A DNA stretch of 64,000 nucleotides from the human T2T-CHM13v2.0 reference genome, Homo sapiens. The position numbers and the translations under genes were made by a program. How positions within the stretch are numbered: position 1 is the first letter of the stretch; every line of letters begins with the position of its first letter. Location: NCBI RefSeq assembly GCF_009914755.1, contig NC_060927.1; one strand, given 5' to 3'. Below the pieces are notes generated by a model. That model searched no databases, was not told the DNA's origin, and saw only the letters and a program-made list of their open reading frames with translations. This document shows, in pieces, positions 44,205 through 62,993 of the stretch.

Positions 44205-46382
44205 TAAAATATATATCCCTCTGTCTTGGAACATGGGGGTGAGGGGGTTGCTGAACTCTTGAGAAAAAGAAGACACATTGGCGGCTCAGGACATGATTCA
44301 ATTTTTTAATGACAAAAAGTAATCATGACACACACCCGGATAGGACGGGAAAAAAAAAAGGAAAATAAATGCTTCGGGGGTGGGGTCAAGATGGCTGAAT
44401 AGAAGCAGCGGGAATCGGAGACTGCCATCCAAAAGATCTGAAACAGCATGCGGATTCTGCACCTGCAACTGAGGTACCCAGTTCTGTCATTAGGACTGAC
44501 TAGGCAGCTGGCGTGACCCACGGAGAGGAAGGAAGAACAGTATGGTACAGCGACTTACCTGAGAGCCACACCGGTCAGGGGCTCCCCCAGCCAAGGGAGG
44601 CAATGGGTAAGCACGCTAGCCTGCCTGGGAAACCCTTTTTTTCCAGAAAACTGCAACCCACAGATCGGAAGATCCCACTCGGGAGCCCAGGCCACCAGGG
44701 CCTTGAGTCTCAATGGAAGCATGCAGATTCTCAACAGCCATTGGGTTAAAACCGACCTAAGTAAGCCTGCTGAGTTCACAGTGGGAGGGGCAGCCATGAC
44801 CACTGCTGCAGCTGCCTGCAGTCTAAGCCATCTGAGCTTCTTGGGGGAGGGGCGGCAGCCAGCACTGTGGCTGCAGGGCTTCCCTGCAGGAACTCCAATT
44901 CTACCCAGGGGCTCAGGGACAGAACTCTGATCTCCCTAGGCCTGAACCCCTAAGGGGGAGGGGTGGCTTAAGTCTCCACAGACGAGCAGACTTACAAAAA
45001 GTAATCCAGTCAGCCCAGACAAGCGGGTTCCCCCCACCCCCTCCCTGGCACAGTACACCTCCTCCACCAAGGGATAGCCAAAGTGCCTCCTTAACCAGGT
45101 CTTGCTTCCCATGCCACCCAACTGGGTGAGACCCCCCCAACAGGAACTGTCAGATATCCTATACAAGAGCATTCCTATTGGCATCAGGTCAGTGCCCCTC
45201 GAGGTCAGGGATCCCAGAGGAAGGAGCAGGCACCCATCTTTGCTGTTCTCCAGCCTCCTTGAGTGACATTTCCAGAGGCAGGAGCGAATCAGATGAATAG
45301 GGCCCAAAGCGAACCGTCAGCAAACTGCAGCAGCCCCACAGAAGAGGGAACTGACTACTGAAAGAAAAACAAACAAACAAACTGAAAGCAACAAGAACAG
45401 CATCAACAAGAAAAATAGTCCCCAAAAAAACCACATCCAAGGGTCAGCAGTCTCAAAGATCAAAACTAGAAAAACTCATGAAGATGAAAAAGAATCAATC
45501 AAAAAAACGCTGAAAACCCAAAAGGCCAGAGTGCCTCTTCTCCAAATGATCGCAACACCTCTCCAGCAAGAGCACAGAATTGGACAGAGAATGAGATGGA
45601 CAAATTGACGGAAGTAGGCTTCAGAAGGTGAGTAAAACAAACTTTGCTGAGGTAAAGGAGTATGTTCTAACCCAATGCAAAGAAGATAAGAACCTCAATA
45701 AAACATTAGAGGAGATGATAACTAGAATAACCAGTTTATAGAGGAACATAAATGACCTGATGGAGCTGAGAAACACAGCATGAGAACTTCATGAAGCATA
45801 TACAAGCATCAATAGCCGAATCGATCAAGTGGAAGAAAGAATATCAGATATAGGAGACTATCATGCTGAAATAAGGCAGGCAGATAAGATTAGAGAAAAA
45901 AGAATGAAAAGAAATGAACAAAACCTCTGAGAAATAAGGGACTATGTAAAAAGACTGAACCTACGTCTGATTGGAGTACCTGAAAAAGATGGGGAGAATG
46001 GAACCAAGTTGGAAAACACACTTCAAGATATTATGCAGGAGAATTTCCCTAAGCTAGCAAGACAGGCCAACATTCAAATTCAGGAAATACAGAGAACCCA
46101 CTAAGATACTCCACGAGAAGATCAACCCCAAGACACAATCATCAGATTCTCCAAGGTCAAAATGAAGGAAAAAATGTTAAGGGCACAAAGAGAGAAAGGC
46201 CAGGTCACCTACAAAATGAAGCCCATCAGACTAACAGCAGATCTCTTGGCAGAAACCCTACAAGTCAGAAGAGAGTGAGGGCCAATATTCAACATTCTTA
46301 AAGAAAAGAATTTTCAACCCAGAATTTCATATCTGCCCAAACTAAGCTTCATAAGTGAAGGCAAAATAAAATCTTTTTCATA

Positions 46383-46540
<158 letters not shown>

Positions 46541-48537
46541 ACCATTTTCAGACAAGCAAATACTAAGGGAATTTGTCACCACCATTCCTGCATTGCAAGA
46601 GCTCCTGAAGGAAGCAATAAATATGGAAAGGAAAAACTGGTACTAGTCACTGCAAAACACATGAAAATATAAAGACCAATGACACTATGAAGAAACGGCA
46701 TCAACTAGTGTGCAAAATAAACAGCTAGCATCATGATGACAGTATCAAATTCACACATAACAGTATTAACCTTAAATGTAAATGGGCTAAATGCCCCAAT
46801 TAAAAGACACAGACTGGCAAGTTGGATAGAGTTGAGACTTATCAGTGTGCTGTATTCAAGAGACCCATCTCACATGCAAAAACACATACAGGCTCAAAAT
46901 AAAGGAATGGAGGAAAATTTACCAAGCAAATGTAAAGCAGAAAAAAGCAGGGGTTGCAAACCTAGTCTCCGACAAAACAGACTTTAAACCAATAATGATC
47001 AAAAAAGACAAAGAAGGGCATTACAAAATGGTAATGGGATCAATTCAACAAGAAGAACTAACTATGCTAAATATATGTGCAACCAATATAGGAGCACCCA
47101 GATTCATAAAACAAGTTCTTAGAGATCTATAAAGAGACTTCAACTCCCACACAATAATAGTAGGAGACTTTAACACCCCACTGTCAATATTAGACAGATC
47201 AATGAGACAGAAAATTAACAAGGATATTCAGGACTTCAACTCAGCTCTGGATCAAATGGACCTAATAGATATCTACAGAACTCTCCACCCCAAAACAACA
47301 GAATATACATTCTTCTCAGTGCCACATGGCACTTACTCTAAAATTGACCACATAATTGGAAGTACAACACTCCTCAGCAAATGCAAAAGAACTGAAATCA
47401 TAACAGACAATCTCTCAGACCACAATGCAATCAAATCAGAACTCAGGATTAAGAAACTCATTCAAAACCACACAACTACATGGAAATTGAACAACCTGCT
47501 CCTGAATGACTCCTGGGTAAATAATGAAATTAAAGCAGAAATCAAGAAGTTCTTTGAAACCAATAAGAACAAAGAAACAATATATCAGAATCTCTGGAAC
47601 ACAGCTAAAGCAGTGTTAAGAGGGAAATTTATAGCACTAAATGCCCACATCAGAAAGCTAGAAAGATCTCAAATCAACACCCTAGCATCACAATTAAAAG
47701 AACTTGAGGAGCAAGAGCAAAAAAAAAAAAAAAAAGAAAAAAATCCAAAAGCTAGGAAAAGACAAGAAATAACTAAGATCAGAGCAGAACTGAAAGAGAT
47801 AGAGACAAAAAAAAAATCTTCCAAAAAAATCAATGAATCCAGCAGCTGGATTTTTGAAAAAATTAATAAAATAGACCACTAGCTAGACTAATAGAGAAAA
47901 GAGAGAAGAATCAAACAGACCCAATAAGAAATGATATGGGCATGTCACCACTGACCCCACAGAAACACAAACTACCATCAGAGAATGCTGTAAACACCTC
48001 TACACAAATAGAAATAGAAACTAGAAAATCTAGAACAAATGGATACACTCCTGGACATGTACATCCTCCCAAAACTAAACCAGGAAGAAGTTGAATTCCT
48101 GAATAGACCAATAATAAGTTCTGAAATTGAGGCAGTAATAGCCTACCAACCAAAAAAGCCTAGGACCAGACGGATTCACAGCCGAATTCTACCAGAGGTA
48201 CAAAGAGGAACTGGTACCATTCCTTCAGAAACTATTCCAAACAATTGAAAAGAAGGGACTCCTCTCTAACTCATTTTATGAGGCCAACACTATCCTGATA
48301 CCAAAATCTGGCAGAACACAACAAAAAAAGAAAACTTCAGGCCAATATCCCTGAGGAACATCAATGCAAAAATCCTCAAAATACTGGCAAACCGAATCCA
48401 GCAGCACAGGATACAAAGCTGGTTCAACATACACAAATCAATAAGTGTAATCCATCACATAAACATAACCAATGACAAAAACCACATGATTATCTCAACA
48501 GATGCAGAAAAGTCCTTTGATACAATTCAACATCCCT

Positions 48538-48858
<321 letters not shown>

Positions 48859-50025
48859 TTAAAAATTCTCAATATACTAGGTATTGATGGAACATATTTC
48901 AAAATAATAAGAGCTATTTATGACAAAACCACAGACAATATCATACTGAATGGGCAAAAGCTGGATGCATTCCCTTTGAAAACCAGCACAAAACAAGGAT
49001 GCCCTCTCTCACCACTCCTATTCAACATAGTATTGGAAGTCCTGGCCAGGGCAATCAGGCAAGAGAAAGAAATAAAGGGTATTCAAATAAAAAGACAGGA
49101 AGTCAAATTGTCTCTGTTTGCAGATGACATGATTGTATATTTAGAAAACCCCATTGTCTCAGCCCAAAAACTCCTTAAGCTGATAAGCAACTTCAGCAGA
49201 GTTTCAGGATACAAAACCAATGTGCAAAATTCACAAGCATTCCTATACACCAACAATAGACAAGCAAGCAGAGAGCCAAATCATAAATGAATTCCCATTC
49301 ACAATTGCTACAAAGATAATAAAATACCTAGGAATACAACTAACAAGGAATGTGAAGGACCTCTTCAAGGAGAACTACAAACCACCGCTCAAGGAAATAA
49401 GAGAGGACACAAACAAATGGAAAAAGATTCCATACTCATAGATAGGAGGAATCAATATTGTGAAAATGGCCATAATGACCAAAGTAATCTATAGATTCAA
49501 TGCTATTCCCATCAAACTACCATTGACATTCTTCACAGAATTAGAAAAAAAACTGCTTTAAAATTCATATGGAAACAAAAAAGAGCCCACATAGCCAAGA
49601 CAATACTAAGCAAAAAGAACAAAGCTGGCATCACACTACCTGACTTCAAACTATGCTACAAGGCTACAGTAACCAAAACAGCATAGTACTGGTACAAAAA
49701 CAGACATATAGACCAATGAAACAGAACAGAGACCTCAGGAATATGATCACACATCTAGAACCACCTGATCTTCAACAAACCTGACAAGAACAAGCAATGG
49801 GGAAAGGAGTCCCTGTTTAATAAACGGTGCTGGGAAAACTGGCTAGTCATATGCAGAAAACTGAAACTGGACCCCTTCCTTACACCTTAAATAAAAATTA
49901 ACTCAAGGTGGATTAAAGACTTAAATGTAAAACACAAAACCATAACAACCCTAGAAGAAAATCTAGGCAATACTGTTCAAGACATGGGCATGGCCATAGA
50001 TTTTATGATGAAATTGCCAAAAGCA

Positions 50026-50458
<433 letters not shown>

Positions 50459-51366
50459 CTACCCATCTGACAAAAGCCTAATATCCAGAATTTACAAGGA
50501 ACTTAAACAAATTTACAGAAAAAAAAAAACCATCAAAAAGTAGGCAAAGGATATGAACAGACACTTCTCAAAAGAAGACATTTATGCAGCCAACAAACAC
50601 ATGAAAAAAGCTCAACATCACTAATCATTACAGAAATTCAAATCAAAACCACAATGAGATACCATCTCATACCACTCAGAATGGCAATTATTAAACAGCC
50701 AAGAAACAACAGATGCTCGTGAGGCTGCAGAAATAGGTACACTTTTACGTTGTTGGCGGGAATGTAAATTAGTTCAACCATTGTGGAAGACAGTGTGGCA
50801 ATTTCTTAAGGATCTAGAACCAGAAATACCATTTGACCCAGCAATTCCATTACTGGATATATACCCCAAGAAATATAAATCATTCTATTATAAAGATACA
50901 TGCACACATATTTATTGCAGCACTGTTCACAATAGCAAAGACATGGAACCAACCCATCAATGATAAAATGCCCATCAATGATAGATTGGATAAGGACAAT
51001 GTGGTACATATACACCATAGAATACTATGCAGCCACAAAAAGGAATGAGATCATGTCCTTTGCAGAGACGTGGATAAAGCTGGAAGCCATCATCCTCAAC
51101 AAACTAACACAGGAACAGAAAACCAAACACTGCAAGTTCTCACTTACAAGTGGGAGTTGAACAATGAGAACACATGGACACAGGGAGGGGAAAAACACAC
51201 ACCAGGGCCTGTCAGCGGTGGGAGGGGAGGGAGCATATCAGGACAAATCCTAAGGCATGCAGAGCTTAAAACCTAGGTGATGGGTTGTTAGGTGCAGCAA
51301 ACCACCATGGCACACATATACCTATGTAACAAACCTGCACGTTTTGCACATGTATCCCAGTACTTA

Positions 51367-51752
<386 letters not shown>

Positions 51753-53986
51753 TTAATTAAAAAATTGCAAATATACTGGTGAATGAAAAAGAAAAAAGAA
51801 AAAAACAAGTTCCAGGGGAAGAAGAAGGGTGGGGGAGGAGTGGAGAGAAGTACAGGGGCATAAAAAGAAAGGAAAACAAGCGTGTGTGCATAACGAGCCT
51901 GGAGAGACCTTTTGTGTCAGGCTCCTGTGAGACTTGATGCTCCTGAGAAACCTCTTGGGAGCTCCTCCGCAGAGAAATGAGAACAGAACCCTTTCTAGAA
52001 GCTTTGAATTAACAGATGAGTACATTGCAAAGAAAGGACCCTATTTTCTGTTTATTTCTGTTCGTTTCCTGTGACTGATTTTATTGTTCCTAATTACACC
52101 ATAATTATTAAATACCCTCTGGACTTTAGTACCAAACAAGAGACGATCAAGAAGAATGACTTACAGAGGAACTAAAGGATAACTTCAAATTAATGTGTAC
52201 TAAATGTTTGGTTTACAACAAATCAGAGAACATTTATTATAAAGCTGCAAGATGCTATTGCAAACAGAGATAAAAGCTCTTAGCCAAAGAATATAGAGCC
52301 TGAAGCAGAGGGTAGACTTCATGGCAAACTTGCAAAGAACTCAAAAGCAGAAACATAAAAGAACACTCAGCAGACCAGGGAGGATACAAGATGATAAAGA
52401 TACTGATGTCAATACCTTTAAAAATTGTAGTAAGGAAAACAAACTAAGCAAATTTAATTTAATTTAATTTAATGTAAAATGACAAAGATATTCTTGAAGA
52501 TAAATTTAGAAGCAATAATTTAGAAAAATAATAGGAGCAGATTGAACACATCGTTAAGGAATTTGGAGGAAAACCGGCCAGAAAACTTAAGAGTTGGAAG
52601 GAAAAGAACCAGATGGGACTTTTCTGTTCTGTTAATCTTGTAGTGGGAGAATGAGGCTACTGCTCTGTGAAGACAGGAAATGAAAACTGAAGGATTTCAG
52701 TCTGGAGTGAATAACGTGCAAGAAGATAGCAGGAAAAAAAGTGATAATCTAGTGATATTCTGTTTTTATAAAGCACATACTGATGCCATCTTTGCAAATC
52801 TTAACAAGAGTAATTTTGACATAGTCTTCTGGATTTATGAGGGAAAACATTCTTTCAAGTGCTCTTAGTATCCATGATATTTGACCACATGCCAAGATTA
52901 CCCATATGCTGTATAAATAATTTAGTGAATGTTCTAAGCAAAAGGCATTCTAGAATTTTCCAAGAGTTGGAGAACATCACTTAAAGATGAAGGCCAGAAT
53001 AGGACACGTGACATAGCAAAAGACATGGAGGTTATCAAAATTGATCCAGGTTGTTTAGACTCTGAATAATCAAGACAGGTTCATGGCACAGAGTGCAGTG
53101 GAATAATAGCACTCCAGGTGAAAGTTTTGACTAAACATGCTCAAGTATTCAGCTGAAGGAAACTTGATGAAACCACCAAATTAGTCAGTGAGCTCCAGGA
53201 GACTCAGAGCATCTGAGCATCAGGCCTGCTCTCAACATTATCTGTCTCCGATGGCCTCTTACAGAGCCATGTATCTTGCTGAACAAGTGACCAACAGTCT
53301 GAAAAATTGTACAATTCCAAATTATAAGCATGTATGGAGTTGAAAAAGCAATGGGGATTTCCATTCTTTCCTCCAACACTGAATACAACTTTGTAGCTTT
53401 AACAGAAGTACTGAAACAATTAAAAAGATTAATTTTGCTAACTAGAAATGTAATCATATTTGAAACTAATTGCATTTTATTATATACTATGTACATTTTT
53501 TTCCTTTCTTAATTTAGAAAATCCTTACAGGAGACAGTAAATATTTTTAAACTGTATTTTTAGTTAGAGTATAGAACAATTGATTTGAGTGTTCCAAAGA
53601 TTGGGCAGGTATTAAGTAATCATGCTGAATGTTGGATTGTGGAGAAAAAAACACACGCACATGAAAAAGTTAGGAAGCAATGACATCCTAGTAACAACTA
53701 AAGCAACTAATGCCCAAATATTGGTTTCTACCTGTTACTCCTCATTAAAAAGAACCTGGTCTTCTTCAAGATTAATGGATTTCAAGTCTGGAGCAGGAAG
53801 CATATAAAATCAGTCTTGGATATTTTATGCCAGAGACAAAGGAGGCTTTAAATATCAATGAGTTCATTTCAAAAGAATACAGCTTGAGAAGGGCTTATAT
53901 ACCAAATTTGGGAAATTTTGAGCCTGTAATTTCACCTGTAAGTAAGCATAGGTGAAATTAATTACAGGAAAAAAAAGAGAGAGTAA

Positions 53987-54133
53987 GGTCGGGTGTGGTT
54001 GCTCATGCCTGTAAACCCAGCATTCTGGGAGGCCAAGGAAGGAGGATTGATTGAGCCCAGGAGTTCAAAATCAGCCTGGGCGACATAGTGAGACCCTTTC
54101 TCTATATAAAAATTTTAAAAAAAGAAAGAAAAA
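53987..54133 (+). mobile_element. Alu left monomer (FLAM-like)
   Basis: ggaggattgattgagcccaggagttc...gacatagtgagaccc. Confidence 0.85.
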
Positions 54134-54193
54134 GAGAGAGGAAGAAGAGAGAAGTTCAATTATAACCACTGGTGGTGATTATTATACCAACTA

Positions 54194-54777
54194 TTTTTTT
54201 CTTTTTCTTTTATTTTGTATATTTTTTATTTCAATAGTTTTTGGGGTAGAAGTGGTTTTTTGTTATATGCATGAATTGTACAGAGGTGTACTCTGAGATT
54301 TTACTGTACGTATCACCCAAGTAGTGTACATTGTACACATGTGTACTTTTTTATCCCTCACTCCCTTCCACCTCTCCCTTCTGAGTCCCTAAAATTTATT
54401 ACATCACTCTGTGTGCCTTTGCTTACCCATAGTTTAGCTTCCACTTATAAGTGAACACATGTGGTATTTGGTTTTCCAATCCTGAGTTACCTCACTTAGA
54501 ATAATGGCGTCCAGCTCTATCCAAGTTGCTGCAAAAGACATTATTTCATTCTTTTTTATGGCTGGGTAGTATACCATAGTATATATATACCGCATTTTCT
54601 TTATCCACTCATCAGGTGATGGGCACTTAGTTTGGTTGCATATCTTTGCAATTGTGAATTGTGCTGTGATAAGCATACACATGTAAGGGTCTTTTTGATA
54701 TAATGACTATTTTTCGTTTGGGTAGATGTCAAGTAGTGGGATTGCTGAATTGAATGGCAGATCTACTTTAGTTCTTT
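54194..54777 (-). mobile_element. 5'-truncated L1PB-like element
   Basis: Minus-strand ORF2 end (QTKCPSPDEWIKKMRYIYT) plus L1PB-type 3' UTR; CCAACT on both flanks. Confidence 0.85.
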
Positions 54778-54838
54778 GCCAACTCGTTCTTTCTGAAAGT
54801 CCAAAGTTAAACCAAAATAATTAGATATTCATCCTGCC

Positions 54839-55136
54839 TTTTTTTTTTTTTTTGAGATGGAGTCTCTCTCTGTCGCCCAGTCTAGGGTGCAATGATGTGG
54901 TCTTGGCTCACTGCAACCTCCACCTCCCAGGTTCAAGCGATTCTCCTGCCTCAGCCTCCTGAGTAGCTGGGACTACATGCACATGCCACCATGCCTGGCT
55001 AATTTTTGTATTTTTAGTAGAGACAAGTTTCACTATCTATGTTGGCCACACTGGTCTCAAACTCCTGACCTTGTGATGCCCCCACCTTGGCCTCCCAAAG
55101 TACTGGGATTACAGGTCTGAGCCACCGTGCCTGGCC
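54839..55136 (-). mobile_element. AluS
   Basis: Poly(T) plus reverse dimer. Confidence 0.94.
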
Positions 55137-55230
55137 CACACTCTGACTTTTTAAGTGTAAGGAAAACGCTTTTTTACAGAAGACTACTAACTAAGTAGTG
55201 TAGAATAATTATAAAAGTAGAAAAATCCTT

Positions 55231-55592
<362 letters not shown>

Positions 55593-57244
55593 TTAGGGAA
55601 AATGGTTTTGGGTAACAGTATACTTATACAGCACCCTGCAGATTATTTGCTTATTAAAATGAAAAAATTCACCTTTATAATGAAGAGATCACTACCGTAA
55701 TCAAGTGATTAAATTTAGCATTATCTAATAATATGTATTTCTGAGGGGTTGAAATATAAAATATTCAGTGTATTAGTCCCCTCTTCATGCTGCTGATTAT
55801 CAGACATACCCAAGACTGGGAAGAAAAAGAGGTTTAATTGGACTTACAGTTCCACATGGCTGGGGAGGCCTCAGAATCATGGCAGGAGGTGAAAAGCACT
55901 TCTTACATTGCAGTAGCAAAAGAAAATGAGAAAGAAGCAAAAGCGGAAACTCCTGATAAACCCATCAGATCATGAGACACTTATTCACTATCATGAGACT
56001 GGCACAGGAAAGACTGGCCCCCATGATTCAATCACCCCCGCCCTGGATCCCTCTCACAACACATGGGAATTCTGGGAGATACAGTTCAGGTTGAGATTGG
56101 AATGGGGACACAGCCAAACCATATCATTCCACCCCTGGCACTTCCAAATCTCATGTCTTCACATTTCAAAACCAATCATGCCGTCCCAACAGTCCCCCAA
56201 AGTCTTAACTCATTTCAGCATTAACCCAAAAGTCCACAGTCCAAAGTCTCATCTGAGACAAGGCAAGTCCCTTCTGCCTATGAGCCTGTAAAATCAAAAG
56301 CAAGCTAGTTACTTCATGGATACAATGGGGGTATAGGCATTGGGTAAATACAGCTGTTCCAAATGGGAGAAATTGGCCAAAATAAAGGGGTTGCAGGACC
56401 CATGCAAGTCTGAAATCCAGTGGGGCTGTCAAATTTTAAAGCTCCAAAATGACCTCCTTTGACTCCAGGTCTTACATCCAGGTCACGCTAATGCAAGAGG
56501 TGGGTTCCCATGATCTTGGGCAGCTCTGCCCCTATGGCTTTGCAGGGTACAGCCTCCCTCCCAGCTGCTTTCACAGGCTGGTGTTAAGTGTGTGTGGCTT
56601 TTCCAGGCTCACGGTGCAAGCTGTCAGTGGATCTACCATTCTGGGGTCTGGAGGAAGGTGGCTAGGCAGTGCCCCAGTATGAACTCTGTGTGGGGGCTCC
56701 AACCCCACATTTCCCTTCCACACTACCCTGGCAGAGGTTCTCCATGAGGGCCCCACCCCTGCCATGAACTTTTGCCTGGGTATCCAGGCATTTCCATACA
56801 TCTTCTGAAATCTAGGCAGAGGTTCCTAAACCTCAATTCTTGACTTCTGTGCACCCACATGTTCAACACCACATGGAAGATGCCAAGGCTTGGGGCTTCC
56901 ACCCTCTGAAGCCGCAGCCTAAGCTGTACATTGGCTCCTTTCAGCCATGGCTGGAGTGGCTGAGACACAGGGCACTAAGTCCCTAGCTGCACACAGCATG
57001 GGGACCCTGGGTCCAGCCCACGAAACCACTTTATCCTCCTGGGCCTCTGGGTCTGTGATGGGAGGGGCTGCTGTGAAGGTCTTCTGACCCTCTGAATGCC
57101 TGGAGACATTTTCCCCATGGTTTTGGGGATTAACATTAGGCTTTTTGCTACTTATGCAAATTTCTGCAGCCAGCTTGAATTTTTCCTCAAAAAAATTGGG
57201 TTTTCTTTTCTACTGCATCATCAGGCTGCAAATTTTCTGAACTT

Positions 57245-57640
57245 TTATACTGTTTCCCTTTTATAATGGAACACTTTTAACAGTACCCAAATCACCTCTT
57301 GAATGCTTTTCTGCTTAGAAATTTCTTCAGCCAGATTCCCTAAATCATCTCTTTCAAGTTCGAAGTTCCACAAATCTCTGAGGCAAGGGCAAAATGCCAC
57401 CAGTCTCTTTGCTAAAACATAACAAGAGTCACCTTTGCTCCAGTTCCCAACAAGTTCTTCATCTCCATCTGCGATCATCTCAGCCTGGCCCTTATTGTTC
57501 ATATCACTATCAGTATTTTGGTCAAAGCCACTCAACAAATCTCTAGGAGGTTCCAAACTTTCCCACATTTTCTCGTGTTCTTCTAAGCCCTCCAACTGTT
57601 CCAACCACTGCCTGTTATCCAGTTCCAAAGTTGCTTCCAC
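57245..57640 (-). pseudogene. THE1 internal ORF remnant (131 codons open)
   Basis: ...KMWESLE.PRDLL.GFDQN.DSDM...ELVGNWSKGDSCYVLAKRL..FCPC.RDLWNFELERDDL, typical of MaLR internal ORFs. Confidence 0.7.
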
Positions 57641-57730
57641 ATTTTTGGGTATCTTTTCAGAAACACCCTACGCCTGGTACAAATTTACTGTATTAGTCCA
57701 TGTTTATGCTGCTGATAAAGATACACCCAA

Positions 57731-58032
57731 GGCTGGGCATGGTGGCTTACACCTGTAGTTCCAGCACTTTGGGAGGCCAAGGCAGGCAGATCACCTGAGG
57801 TCAGGACTTTAAGACCAGCCTGGCCAACATGGTGAAATCTTGTCTCTACTAAAAATACAAAAATTAGCTGGGTGTGGTGGCACACACCTGTAACCTGAAC
57901 TACTAAGGAGGCTGAGGCAGGAGAATCATTTGAACCTGGGCAGTGGAGGTTGCAGTGAGCCAAGGTCACACCACTGCACTCCAGCCTGGGTGACAGAGCA
58001 AGACTCCGTCTCAAAAAAAAAAAAAAAAAAAA
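57731..58032 (+). mobile_element. AluS inside the THE1 LTR
   Basis: Dimer with poly(A); ACCCAAG on both sides. Confidence 0.95.
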
Positions 58033-58734
58033 ATACCCAAGACTGGGAAGAAAAAGAGGTTTAATTGGACTTACAGTTCCACACGGCTGGGGAGGCCTCA
58101 GAATCATGGCAGGAGGCGAAAGGCACTTCTTACATTGCGCAGCAAGAGGAAATGAGAAACAAGCAAAAGTGGAAACTCCTGATAAACCCATCAGATATCG
58201 TGAGACTTATTCACTATCATGAGAACAGCACAAGAAAGACAGGCCCCAAGATTCAATTACATCCCCCTTGGTCCCTCCCACAACATGTGGGAATTCTGGG
58301 AGATACAATTCAAGTCAAGATGTGAGTGGGGACACAGCCAAACCATATTACACAGCAATCACTTATGAACTCTTCTTGCTCAGAATGTTTATCCAAAATT
58401 TAATAAAGCCTTTAGAACTAACTTCAAATTCACAGCAAAATCAAGAAATAGAGGATGATGTTAAATGACACAAGAAAAGAATTGGCCAAATCCAGACTGT
58501 GGGGCATTTTAGAAGACAACTGGTCTAGTCTTTTTGAAAAACTAATATCAAGAAAAATGACAAGGGACTATTCTTGGATTAAAAGAGATTAAATAGATAT
58601 AAACACCAAGTGCAATGTCTGAAACTTGATTGAGTTCTGGTTCAGAATAAAATCATTTTGGAAATAATTGTGCAATATAAATATAGATTGAACTTTATAT
58701 TCAATTTTTATGTTTGATCATTATATTAAAGTTA

Positions 58735-59061
<327 letters not shown>

Positions 59062-59077
59062 GAAAACATCTTATTTT

Positions 59078-59392
<315 letters not shown>

Positions 59393-59587
59393 TCACACTG
59401 AAATCTGCAGCAATGAGGTGTCATAATGTCCACATTTCACTTTCAAATAGACAAGAAGTAAAAGCAAATGGCAAATGTCAAGCATTGTGGAACCTAGGTG
59501 GTGGGTATGTGGATGTTTATTGTAATATTTTTTCAACTTTTTGGGAATGTTTGGCATTTTTTCATAATAAAACTGAGGAGAAATAGA

Positions 59588-60850
<1,263 letters not shown>

Positions 60851-62648
60851 AATACTTAAAAGACGAAAACAAAAACTACTCATCCCAGAAATTCATACGG
60901 TTAGCCTTGAAGCTTTGAGAGTATTAATCAGTAATGAAAACTTTTCTGTTTTCTTTACTGCTGTTTCTTTCCTAACCCTGCTTCAGCACCCTCCACCTGG
61001 GGTCTAAAACCCCAGTTATGTAGCTGAGTGATGGAAGAGTAGAGATATTACATAAGAAAAGATAAAATTAGACAACAATGTATCTCTTTCCGACATTAGC
61101 CTTCCTGCCTACAACAAACTAGCTAGAGAGAGGAGAACCCTCATTTTAAACGAAGTTCGGAATGAGTACTGTTAAATAGAAATAGACATTTAATTTCTGA
61201 ACTGGATTACCTGCAAGTGGCCAGAAATATCGTAATGCAACCAAAATTTCATTCATGGAAAGGGATCTAATGGGACAATTGAAGGTAAATTAATAAATTA
61301 ATTGAAGATAAATTAGGATTACATCCTGTAAGTTGGTTCAGTTCAATATACCAATTACAACTAAAAGATATAACTGACAACTCGGGTGTCAAGTAGCGCA
61401 AAATACTAAGCCTTTTTATCAGGCCTGCACAGAAACTCTCCTCTGCTCTTGTTGGCTATGGTCCTACTTCCTGGACTAGCTCCAGATAGTTTTTCTAATT
61501 CTATAGCAATAAAACATAAATATGGTGTAATAATGATGTATATTAAGATATATTTTAACAAGAGTGATCAGATGTTAAAGAATGCACCTTTGGGTTTCCA
61601 TATAGATACTAACATTTAAAATTTCCTCAATCCAACTCCAAAGGGAAGAAAGGGTTAAAAAAAAAAGTAATAATTACAACAGCATGTGTTACATGCTATA
61701 TCAAGATAGTGTGGTATAGTCAAAAGAACATCTACTGCAGAGCAAGGCAGACCTGGGGTTAAATTCTGGCTCTACAGATTCCTAGGAAATTGGCCTTGGG
61801 TCAGTTCCCAATCTCTTTGACTCAGTTATATCTCCTGTAAGCACAATATTTAGTTCTGTTGCATATAGTGCTGGTTTGTTATAGGCTGTTTGTTTCAAAA
61901 GTAATGTTTTTGAGAGAAGAATCTATTTATTACTCCACTGAGCAGGAAAATTTGTATATATTTTTCTCGTGACCCATCAACCAGCACATAGAGTAAGTGA
62001 CATCATATGTTCCCAGCCAATTTATTTGCTTACTCTGTCATGATCATTCTTTTTGCCATTATTATTATTATTCCATGTCTTTTTGAGCAGTTTGAACTTT
62101 TAATGGATGGTGAGCAGCAAGCAAATTGATATGTTGGAGATGCTGCAGGACATTATGGCAGAGTTGCACAATGAGTGTTAAAATGTACGTTTTATGGTAA
62201 GTGAGCACCTTCCAACTACTGGTAGAGATAACTAATGGTAAAGTTCAGCAGTCAATCAGGGGTTAGGGGAGGTCTTTTGAAATATAAAGATCAACTAAAA
62301 ACAGCCTTGTAGGGAGTGACCAACAATTGTTTGTATAGTAGCCTGCAGAAATTATGCCTGCAGGAATGTCACAACTTTTGATTTGAAAAGTAAATGGTGG
62401 TTGCCTGTGTATGGTGTCAGGAAAAACATTCCCATGGCCTTTTGCTGTAGGGATCTCTTACAGTCCAGTTAGCCTTTTTGTGTCAAATGCAATCATCCCA
62501 TGCTACATACAATTTGTCTGTAAAATTCTTACAGTGCAATGTGATGTAGATTAAATGAGATAGCCTATAAAAGTCTCCTCTCAAGTCAGAGGTTGCATGG
62601 AATCTAATTAGACTAATTAGATCTAATTTAATATCTGAAACATAGTAA

Positions 62649-62993
<345 letters not shown>

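Larger units (their letters stand above)
55769..58350 (-). mobile_element. Complete THE1 (THE1C-like) MaLR provirus: LTR-internal-LTR
   Basis: Two direct LTRs TGTATTAGTCC...GCCAAACCATAT(C/T)A (55769-56126; 57689-58350 with Alu) around a ~1.56-kb internal region. Confidence 0.92.
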
